64,000 nucleotides of DNA from assembly GCA_031256175.1 (NCBI GenBank), contig JAIRRC010000032.1, positions 347-64,346 on the forward strand. Direction: 5' to 3'. Within the stretch, counting starts at the first letter, position 1. Every line of letters begins with the position of its first letter. The position numbers were made by a program, and so were the translations under genes. Source of the stretch: Rickettsiales bacterium (GTDB taxonomy: Bacteria; Pseudomonadota; Alphaproteobacteria; Rs-D84). Of this stretch, positions 56,787 to 64,000 are shown one piece after another. The notes below the pieces were generated by a model that was not told the DNA's origin, did not search any database, and saw nothing but the letters and a program-made list of their open reading frames with translations.

Positions 56787-57392
56787 TTAGAACAAAGTTC
56801 TGAATTTAAGATAGGCGCCGCCTTCCACCGGGTCGATTGAAACCTGGGTGGCGGCGTCATTGTATCGGCTTGTGAAAAGGCAATTGAAGCCTATGCCCAG
56901 CGCGGCGCCCGCGGCGACGTCGGTCCAGTTGTGCATTTTGGTCGCGACGCGCGAGTATCCGACAAACGAAGCCGCCGCATACATCGGCGCGCCGACATAC
57001 CAGCCGTATCTGCGCTGCCAATAGGCGGCGCCGGCGAAAGCGCTGGAAGTGTGGCCCGACGGGAACGAACGCCCGTGCGGCGCGCTGTCAAGCTGGCTTG
57101 GACGCTCTTCGTCGACATAGAATTTAAGGACCGACGTCGCGGCCCAAGTCGCGGTATAGGAAAGCGCCAGCTGGCCGTTGCCCTGCCAATCGCCGATTGC
57201 GGTCGAATACACCAGCGCCGAGCCCGGTATGATAAGCTGAACCCAGTCGCCGATTTCGCCGAAGGTCGCTTTCGTTCTATTGACGTAATGGCCGCGCGCG
57301 GTCGTCCGATGATATTTTCCATCGAACCAGAAAGCATGGCCGGAATTTATAAAGCACGCCGACATCAAAATGAACAATAAGAATTTTTTCAT
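56787..57392 (-). CDS. PAP2-family phosphatase (secreted/membrane)
   Basis: Motifs ERPSQLD..PSGHTS..SRVATKMHNWTD (KxxxxxxRP-PSGH-SRxxxxxHxxxD). Confidence 0.7.
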   Translation of the reverse strand: MKKFLLFILMSACFINSGHAFWFDGKYHRTTARGHYVNRTKATFGEIGDWVQLIIPGSALVYSTAIGDWQGNGQLALSYTATWAATSVLKFYVDEERPSQLDSAPHGRSFPSGHTSSAFAGAAYWQRRYGWYVGAPMYAAASFVGYSRVATKMHNWTDVAAGAALGIGFNCLFTSRYNDAATQVSIDPVEGGAYLKFRTLF

Positions 57393-57411
57393 ATGCGAAT
57401 CCTAAAAAAAT

Positions 57412-57488
57412 TGGTGGTTGTGATAAGACTCGAACTTACGACCCCTTCGATGTGAACGAAGTGCTCTAACCAACTGAGCTACACAACC
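57412..57488 (-). tRNA. tRNA-Val (anticodon CAC)
   Basis: 77-nt cloverleaf, anticodon stem CTTCG/CGAAG, loop TTCACAT, encoded CCA. Confidence 0.85.
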
Positions 57489-57509
57489 ATCGGACAGAAT
57501 ATTAACACA

Positions 57510-60500
57510 TCATTTTCTTATATCAATCGAAAATTTACGGCCTTCGATTTCGGTTTGATAAGCGCCGCCCTGCCCGCGCTTCATTTCTGTCGCAAGCGCG
57601 TCCTTTATGATTTTATCGCGATGGGTTTCGATGGCCGCGGCCAATTCGTCATCGGCCGAATATGTCAGAACTATCCTGTCGGACACGTCCAGGCCCGCGG
57701 CTTTGCGCGAATCCTGGATGAAGCGCAGCGCGTCGCGCATAAGGCCTTCGGCCGCAAGTTCCGGCGTGATGTCCGTGTCGATGACGACGACCGCCGTATT
57801 ATCCGGCAAAGCCGCGCCTGTGATTCCAGGCTTAACATTAAGACGCATTTCGAATTCGTCCGGAAGCAATCCGTTCGCCTTCGGGTCGAAGCCCGGCTCT
57901 TTCGAAGCCGCGATTATATCCTTCAATTTGGCGCCAAGACGCGCGCCGATTTTCGGAGTTATAAGATACACGAACGAATCCGCGACCGCCGCGACGTCTT
58001 TCCGCAAGGCGACTTCCTTGACGTTCAGTTCGTCCTTTATTATATCAAGATATTCCGGCGCGGCGCCCGCGATTGTGATTTTGTTCAAAGGCAATCTATT
58101 CCGCAGCCCGTATTTCTCGCGCAGATTTTTTCCGACCGAAACGATGTCGCGAACCATGTCCATTTCGCGCGCGCCGGCAAAGGCCGCCGCGGGCAATTCG
58201 GGCCAGCCGGAAAGATGGACTGATTCCTCGCCCGTAAGATTCCTGTATATATGGTCCGACGCGAAGGGCGCGAAGGGCGCGATTATGCGGCAGAAATTCT
58301 TCAATACGAAATGCAGGACGTCGAACGCGGACTTGTCCTCGTTCCAGAAACGCTCGCGCGACAGGCGCACATACCAGTTGTTAAGGGTTTCCATGAATTT
58401 CGCGGCTTCCCTGACGGCGACGTCGGCCTGGTATCCGTCCAAGGATTCGCGCACCACCTGTTCAAGCGACGCCAATTTGGAGATTATATATTCATCCAAA
58501 TCGTTCGCGGGCGCGGGCTTGGCCGCCGTTATATTCGCGGCGTTGGCGTATGTCGTGAAGAAATGGCAAGCGTTCCAAAGCGGCACCAGAATCGTTTTTA
58601 TCGGCTCCAAGAAAACATTCCCGTCGATGTCGATGCCGACCGGTTCGGTCTTCATGAAGTTCGAGCCAAGGATATAAAGCCGTATCGCGTCGGCGCCGTA
58701 TTTTTCTATCATGCTTTTCGGGTCGACATAATTGCCGACGGATTTCGAAAGCTTCTTCTTATGCTCGTCGACAATCATGCCGTTGACGCCGACGACCTTG
58801 AAGGCCGGCTCGCCGAACAGCGCGGTCGCCAAAACCATCAGGGTGTAAAACCATCCGCGCGTCTGGTCCTGGCCTTCGACGATATAGTCGGCCGGGAATT
58901 CGTTCTTGAACCTATCCGCGTTTTCGAACGGATAATGAAGCGACGCGAAGGGCATGCTGCCGCTTTCGACCCAGCAGTCCAGGACATCGGGGATTCTTTT
59001 CCATCCGTCCTTTTCAAGCTTGTCCAAGGTCGGGCGGTGAAGGTCGTCGATTTTTTTTCCGAAGAATTCCTCCATCTCGGCTATGCCGCCGAAAATCTTA
59101 TATTCTTTTCCCTTAACCCAAATCGGAAGCGGGGTGCCCCAGTAGCGGTTGCGCGAAATGCTCCACGGGCGCGCGTTCTCTATCCATTTGGCGAAGCGTT
59201 CGCCCGCGCTGGTCCAGCGGACTTTTTTATTGTTCTCTATCAGCTGCGCGCGGACTTTCGGCACGTCGATATACCAGGATTCGGTCGCGCGGTAAATCAG
59301 CTTTTCCTTCGACCGGTCGCCGTAGGGATAGGAATGAGAATAGGATTCGCGCTTGACCAAACGGCCGGAATCTTTCAGCGCGGAAATTATTTTCGGATTC
59401 GCTTCGAATATGTTCATGCCCGCAAAACCCTTGACGCTTTCGTCGAAATTTCCGAAGTCGTCGACATTAACTATAACCGGGAAATGCTGGTCGATATTTT
59501 TGACCGCCCAGAAATCGTCTTCGCCGAAAGCGGGCGCGATGTGCACTATTCCGGTTCCGTCGGAATCCGAAACATAATCCGCGGCGATAACGGCGAACGG
59601 AATCTTGTCCTTATAAAAATCGAACAACGGGGCATATTTTTGCCCGACCAAATCGGCGCCGGAAATTTCGCCCAAATTTTCCGCGGCGGCGAAAACTTTT
59701 TCATAAGCCTTGACGCGCGACGCCGCGACAACATATACATGGCCGTCAAGTTTCAGCTGCAAATATTTCATGCCTTTGTTCACGGCAAGCGCGGAATTCG
59801 CGGGCAATGTCCAGGGCGTCGTCGTCCAAGCGACCATGCGGCGGCCGTCAAGAAGTTCGAACCAGACGCTTACGGCCTCGTCCTGAATCGTCCGATAATC
59901 CTGCGAGGCTTCGGAATTGGAAAGCGTGGTGCCAAGCTTCCAGTCATACGGATTCACGCGGAAGTCGCGGTATAACAGGCCTTTGTCGTGAAGCGTTTTC
60001 ACCGCCCAGATTACGGACTCCATATAATTCCTGTCCAGGGTCATATAGCCCTTGCCGTTTCCGCTTTCGACCCAGCGGCCCATGCGGTCGATGTATTCCA
60101 GCCATTCGTTCGAATACTTCATGACGCCGCCGCGGCACATGTCGCAGAATTCCGCTATGCCTTTTTCGGCGACTATGGTTTTCGCGTCTTTCTTTTCGAT
60201 TTTTTCCACATAATTTTCGGCGGGCATGCCGTGGCAGTCCCAGCCCAGTTCGCGCACCACATGGCGCCCGCGCATGGTCTGATAGCGGCACACCATGTCT
60301 TTGACGGCGGACACGCCCATGTGGCCCCAGTGCGGAAGCGCGTTCGCGAACGGCGGCCCGTCGTAGAAATTGAAGGGCGCGCCCTTGGCCGTAGCGGCCA
60401 GGGATTTATGGAATGTGCCGTTATCGCGCCAGAGTTTCAGGATTTCCTGTTCCAGACGCGGGAAGTCGGCCTTTGGTTCGGTTTTCGGATACGCCATTTT

Positions 60501-60536
60501 CATGCCCTGATTTAATTCGCTGGAATTATAAATCAA
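57510..60536 (-). CDS. ileS: isoleucine--tRNA ligase, type 2 (eukaryote-like)
   Basis: PPFANALPHWGHM (HxGH), WTTTPWTLP, KLSKS; ~1000 aa; probable start MAYPK (~60497). Confidence 0.9.
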   Translation of the reverse strand: MIYNSSELNQGMKMAYPKTEPKADFPRLEQEILKLWRDNGTFHKSLAATAKGAPFNFYDGPPFANALPHWGHMGVSAVKDMVCRYQTMRGRHVVRELGWDCHGMPAENYVEKIEKKDAKTIVAEKGIAEFCDMCRGGVMKYSNEWLEYIDRMGRWVESGNGKGYMTLDRNYMESVIWAVKTLHDKGLLYRDFRVNPYDWKLGTTLSNSEASQDYRTIQDEAVSVWFELLDGRRMVAWTTTPWTLPANSALAVNKGMKYLQLKLDGHVYVVAASRVKAYEKVFAAAENLGEISGADLVGQKYAPLFDFYKDKIPFAVIAADYVSDSDGTGIVHIAPAFGEDDFWAVKNIDQHFPVIVNVDDFGNFDESVKGFAGMNIFEANPKIISALKDSGRLVKRESYSHSYPYGDRSKEKLIYRATESWYIDVPKVRAQLIENNKKVRWTSAGERFAKWIENARPWSISRNRYWGTPLPIWVKGKEYKIFGGIAEMEEFFGKKIDDLHRPTLDKLEKDGWKRIPDVLDCWVESGSMPFASLHYPFENADRFKNEFPADYIVEGQDQTRGWFYTLMVLATALFGEPAFKVVGVNGMIVDEHKKKLSKSVGNYVDPKSMIEKYGADAIRLYILGSNFMKTEPVGIDIDGNVFLEPIKTILVPLWNACHFFTTYANAANITAAKPAPANDLDEYIISKLASLEQVVRESLDGYQADVAVREAAKFMETLNNWYVRLSRERFWNEDKSAFDVLHFVLKNFCRIIAPFAPFASDHIYRNLTGEESVHLSGWPELPAAAFAGAREMDMVRDIVSVGKNLREKYGLRNRLPLNKITIAGAAPEYLDIIKDELNVKEVALRKDVAAVADSFVYLITPKIGARLGAKLKDIIAASKEPGFDPKANGLLPDEFEMRLNVKPGITGAALPDNTAVVVIDTDITPELAAEGLMRDALRFIQDSRKAAGLDVSDRIVLTYSADDELAAAIETHRDKIIKDALATEMKRGQGGAYQTEIEGRKFSIDIRK

Positions 60537-60554
60537 TTTCGTTAATATTCAAGC

Positions 60555-61028
60555 ATGAAAACTTCGATAATCGCTTTAATCGCATTGTTGACGACGGGAA
60601 CGGCGCAGGCGCTCAAAATAAAGCAGCCGAAGGCGGAACTGCCGCCGCTGCCCGCGCTGGTCGACTATATAATCGACGGCGACACGTTCTGGGCGTATGT
60701 AGAGCTTGCGAACGGCGCGGTTATCCGGACTAAAATCCGCTTCATGAACAACGACGCGCCGGAAATGTCCGGGGAATGCGAGCGGGAAAGAAAGCTGGCA
60801 ATCGCGTCGCGCGACAGGCTTGGCGAAATCATACCGGTCGGCGGCAAGGTCCGCCTTACCGACATAAAGGACGACAAATACCAAGGCCGAATCGACGCGT
60901 ATGTCCTGAACGAAGACGGCGATGTCGGCGAACAGATGATAAAGGAAGGACACGCCGTCCCTTACAGCGGCGGAAAGCGCAATCCCTGGTGCACAAAGGC
61001 CGAGATAGCCGCGGAAAACCGCCCCTAA
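60555..61028 (+). CDS. thermonuclease (staphylococcal nuclease-like) family protein
   Basis: Signal peptide, DGDTF and ..APE.. SNase motifs. Confidence 0.7.
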   Translation: MKTSIIALIALLTTGTAQALKIKQPKAELPPLPALVDYIIDGDTFWAYVELANGAVIRTKIRFMNNDAPEMSGECERERKLAIASRDRLGEIIPVGGKVRLTDIKDDKYQGRIDAYVLNEDGDVGEQMIKEGHAVPYSGGKRNPWCTKAEIAAENRP

Positions 61029-61054
61029 TTACGTATATACAGGTTGTCAATACA

Positions 61055-61717
61055 TTATTTGGCTTCGCGGCGCCAAAGCATGAAGGCCGTGATGTCGTTG
61101 TATGCGAATATGAAGGTCGCCGCCAGCATGACATAAGAACCGGTAAGCCAGAACAGCGCGGCATTGGTCATGCTTGTCGCCATCAACGCCGCCCAGCAGT
61201 CTATTTTCTTCCGCGTCAAAAGGAACAATCCGACCGCGCCGCCCGCGAAGGCGAAATAATCAAGCGCGCCGACCAGGCCGTTCATCACGGCCCCAACCGC
61301 GACGACCGCGCCCGCAAGGATTATTATCCCCGGCCACCAAAGCGGGTTTATGAAAGTCGGGCGGATTATCCTTTTCGTCTTCGGGTCCGGCACCAGCCAG
61401 AAATAAAGCGCGATGGAATTCAAGGTCAGGAAGACCACGTTAAGCGCCACAAGACCCAAAAGACCCATTCCCGCGAAATAAAACAGGAACGCGATGTTGG
61501 CGATTATGGACAGGACGATTCCCGCCGGGGACTCGCGCTTCAAAAGCGGCCGCGCCGCGACGGATACCAGCGCCGAGAAAAATTCCAAAGGCTGCACGTC
61601 CGCGGCGCCTGAAAAACGCAGGAACGCGGCAAGCGCGACTATCGCCGCCGAAAACAAAACCAATTCGAAATTCTTTTTAAGGAAATCAAACAACATAAAC
61701 ATATCCTTTTGTTCCAA
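61055..61717 (-). CDS. PnuC-like nicotinamide riboside transporter
   Basis: 7-8 TM, W/G-rich PnuC-like pattern; moderate. Confidence 0.5.
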   Translation of the reverse strand: MEQKDMFMLFDFLKKNFELVLFSAAIVALAAFLRFSGAADVQPLEFFSALVSVAARPLLKRESPAGIVLSIIANIAFLFYFAGMGLLGLVALNVVFLTLNSIALYFWLVPDPKTKRIIRPTFINPLWWPGIIILAGAVVAVGAVMNGLVGALDYFAFAGGAVGLFLLTRKKIDCWAALMATSMTNAALFWLTGSYVMLAATFIFAYNDITAFMLWRREAK

Positions 61718-61812
61718 ACGAACCTGCGGCCAAAAGGCCGCATTCAGGTCTGCGACGCACTGCCCGTGCGAAGCCCGGGCAGTGATTCCGGCCTCCGCCG
61801 GAATGACAGCGA

Positions 61813-62439
61813 TTAAAGGGCGGGGGAAATGCGGATTTCAACGCGCCTGTTCACGCGGCGGCCCGCTTCGGTATCCTGTTCGGCGATGGGCCTGCTGGCG
61901 CCGCGCCCCTGGACGAACATCCGATAGGTGTTCACCTTGTTCTGCGCCATGAAGACCGCCACACGCTCGGCCATGTCGAAGCTTAGCGACTGGTTAAGCT
62001 CCACATTGGGCGAATTGTCGGAATAGCCAGTTATTTCGATGAAGGTCATGTGATAGGCCTTCAAAACTTTCGACAGCTTGCTTAAAACCTCGGCGCCCCC
62101 AGCCGATATGTCCGGCGCGTCGTATTGGATGAAGACGTCGCGCATGACGACGACCAAAATATCGCGGCCGACGCGCTGGGTCTGGATGCCCGGCTGGCGC
62201 AAATTCTCGTTCAGTTCGAATTCGATTTTGGACATATAGTCGGCGGCCTTGTCCGGGTGAAGGACCTTTCCGCCGCTTTCGAGGTAAAGCGGGCGTTTCG
62301 CGACCTTGGCCGTTTCGGACATCATGCCGAACGACGCGCCGCGCAATAAACTATCCCACACGCTGCGCGGCGGGCTGGAATAATTGGCACCGCATCCCAT
62401 AACCGCCAGCGTCGTAAAAATCAGTGCAAGTCTTTTCAT
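61813..62439 (-). CDS. OmpA-family peptidoglycan-associated lipoprotein
   Basis: Lipobox LAVMGC; C-terminal OmpA domain TGYSDNSPN..NQSLSFDMAERV..GRRVNRRVEIRI; start trimmed to MKRLALIF. Confidence 0.75.
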   Translation of the reverse strand: MKRLALIFTTLAVMGCGANYSSPPRSVWDSLLRGASFGMMSETAKVAKRPLYLESGGKVLHPDKAADYMSKIEFELNENLRQPGIQTQRVGRDILVVVMRDVFIQYDAPDISAGGAEVLSKLSKVLKAYHMTFIEITGYSDNSPNVELNQSLSFDMAERVAVFMAQNKVNTYRMFVQGRGASRPIAEQDTEAGRRVNRRVEIRISPAL

Positions 62440-62455
62440 GCGTGCATTATAGATA

Positions 62456-62490
62456 AAAAAAAATCCCCCGTCAACGGGGGATTTTCGCAT
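62456..62490 (-). terminator. rho-independent terminator of OM beta-barrel gene
   Basis: ATCCCCCG-TCAA-CGGGGGAT hairpin followed on minus strand by TTTTTTTTT. Confidence 0.75.
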
Positions 62491-62503
62491 AGGCCAAAGC
62501 CTA

Positions 62504-63112
62504 TTAGAACGCATACCTTGCGCCAAGCGACACAACGTAGGATTCCATATACACTTTCGTCGTTACGAAGCCCAGGTCTTCCTCGTCGACAATCTGGTTG
62601 ACATAGCGCGCGCCAAGGTCGACGGACAGGTTCTTGTTCATGGCATAAGCCACGCCCAGACCGAAGTTGTAGTTCATGCCGCCCTGGTTGCTCCAATCAT
62701 AGCTGTCGTCGACATCGGCCATTTTCGTGCCCACGAAGCCATACGCCAATCCGGCGCCGACATAGGGGGTGATTTCCTTGGTCGCCTTCCAGTCAAGATA
62801 GACGTTTCCGCCGATGGTCGGATTCATGACATTGGCGTCGAAGCCCATGCCGCTTCCCATCTTGGAATAGTTCAGACCGGCTTCGGCTTCAACGCGGACC
62901 GCGAACATGTCGTTAAGTCCGACGCTGGCGCCGGCCGCGACCGAACCGCCGTATATCATCGCGCTGTCGCCTTTGGCGGTAAGCGGGCCCATTTCCGAAA
63001 CCATCTTCGCCGAGCCGAGATTCAGCTTGGCCGAAGCATACGGATTAACGTCGGCCGCATACGCGCCGGACGCAAGCACTACCATCATCGAAGTTGTTAT
63101 AAGTTTTTTCAT
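62504..63112 (-). CDS. small outer-membrane beta-barrel protein (OmpA-like TM domain/OmpW family)
   Basis: Signal peptide, alternating amphipathic strands, C-terminal ..GARYAF. Confidence 0.7.
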   Translation of the reverse strand: MKKLITTSMMVVLASGAYAADVNPYASAKLNLGSAKMVSEMGPLTAKGDSAMIYGGSVAAGASVGLNDMFAVRVEAEAGLNYSKMGSGMGFDANVMNPTIGGNVYLDWKATKEITPYVGAGLAYGFVGTKMADVDDSYDWSNQGGMNYNFGLGVAYAMNKNLSVDLGARYVNQIVDEEDLGFVTTKVYMESYVVSLGARYAF

Positions 63113-63217
63113 CAGGTGTCTCCTTTTTGAGTTTTACCTAAGTATATTCTAGGACCATATTCCATGAAAAAGCAAGTTAAATTATGAACCCTATCCTAGG
63201 GGAAAAATTCGCCGAAA

Positions 63218-63808
63218 ATGGTATCCTTTCTTATGTCCAAGAAAGCATTTCTGCTGTTCGCCGCCCTTGTCGCGCCGGGCGCAATCCGCGCGGAAAATCC
63301 AATGCTGGGCGGGTTTAGGAATTCAATCAAATTCGACGCCGTGGCCTTCATCGACCAATACGACCCGAAGGTCCAGAACTATATGGCAAGCTATTCGCAG
63401 CCGAATTCCTTCTTCCGGCTGCCCGGGCGGCGGAACATCCACGCCGGATACATAAACGGCAGGACGAATTACCAGGCGGTGCCGCAAAGCGGATACCACA
63501 GGTCCGTCAAAATCCGAAGGGAAGAAACGACGCAGGACATATCGCAGATGGTTTTGGGGCTTAGCCAGGACGTGTCCTTGCTCGACATCGGCGGGTTTTA
63601 TACCGGCCTTGGAATCGGGCCTTTCATAAAGGAGTTCGGACGCGGGTTCGTAGGCTCGCAATTCATGTTCGGCGAAAGGTTCTTCATCGGATACAGGTTC
63701 GAAAGGTTCGGCGCCGAACTGGTCGCGCTTCATTATTCGAACGGGCATTTGACCGAGATGAACAACGGCCTGGACGGATTCGGTCTTGGTATTCATTGGA
63801 ATTTCTAA
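63218..63808 (+). CDS. outer-membrane acyloxyacyl hydrolase (PagL-like lipid A deacylase) family protein
   Basis: Signal peptide, ..HYSNGH.. motif, C-terminal ..IHWNF OM-barrel terminus. Confidence 0.45.
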   Translation: MVSFLMSKKAFLLFAALVAPGAIRAENPMLGGFRNSIKFDAVAFIDQYDPKVQNYMASYSQPNSFFRLPGRRNIHAGYINGRTNYQAVPQSGYHRSVKIRREETTQDISQMVLGLSQDVSLLDIGGFYTGLGIGPFIKEFGRGFVGSQFMFGERFFIGYRFERFGAELVALHYSNGHLTEMNNGLDGFGLGIHWNF

Positions 63809-63829
63809 GGGGAAAATGAATGAAGAAAT

Positions 63830-64000
63830 ATTTGGTTTTGCTCTTTATGATTTTTATGGCGGCGCCGGCGGCGGCGACGGAAAATCCGTTCTTCCTGTGC
63901 TTCGACAACCAGGCCGGGTTCCAGTTCGGGCAAAGCACCGGCCCCGGAAATTTCTGGAACATCATCCCGGGGCATGAATGGAAGATAGAGCCGTTCCAAA
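63830..64000 (+). CDS. secreted hypothetical protein (5' partial at window end)
   Basis: ATG at 63830 after GGGGAAAATGAATG RBS region; signal peptide MKKYLVLLFMIFMAAPAAA; truncated by window. Confidence 0.4.

Noticed and set aside
57607-59975. 356-aa and 574-aa plus-strand ORFs inside ileS
   Set aside because: They are antisense to ileS, with no RBS and a biased Arg/Gly/Ala composition. They are artefacts of GC content.
1-64000. CRISPR arrays, IS elements, integrase or phage genes
   Set aside because: There are no regularly spaced direct repeats, no transposase-, integrase- or phage-like ORFs, and no terminal inverted repeats anywhere in the window.

Overview
This is a ~64 kb chromosomal window from a moderately GC-rich (~58%) Gram-negative bacterium. 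The conserved gene order rpmF-plsX-fabH-ihfA-merR, the presence of both IHF subunits, and BamD, MurJ and Lgt together suggest an alphaproteobacterium. Most of the window is housekeeping. It carries four aminoacyl-tRNA synthetases (metG, trpS, serS and a type-2 ileS). It also carries dnaK, typA/bipA, smpB, tatD, holB, dacC, xth, ndk, a fused accD-accA carboxyltransferase gene, fabH, plsX, rpmF, rpsU, lgt and four tRNA genes (Ala-CGC, Gln-UUG, Met-CAU, Val-CAC). The accessory content comprises six items. (1) A family of short (~100-185 bp) ORF-less structured elements lies immediately 3' of three tRNA genes. Each is bounded by a direct repeat of the tRNA 3' end; the Gln copy is a tandem pair, and there is one orphan copy. 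(2) A surface-polysaccharide locus contains GT2, GT8, three GT92 paralogs, a Stealth-family protein, a GT-A enzyme and a 649-aa cysteine-rich secreted protein. A 9-nt homopolymeric tract lies just upstream of the first GT92 gene. (3) A Csu/spore-coat-U type chaperone-usher pilus operon is followed by a SodC-like lipoprotein gene. (4) A strongly AT-rich single-gene island encodes a ParA/MinD-like ATPase. (5) An exact 68-bp repeat abuts the stop codons of dnaK and of a MerR-family regulator. (6) A recurring 8-bp-arm palindrome motif (ATTCCGNC..GNCGGAAT-GACA) occurs in several intergenic regions. No CRISPR array, IS element or intact prophage was recognised. The many long ORFs antisense to real genes are GC-driven artefacts.
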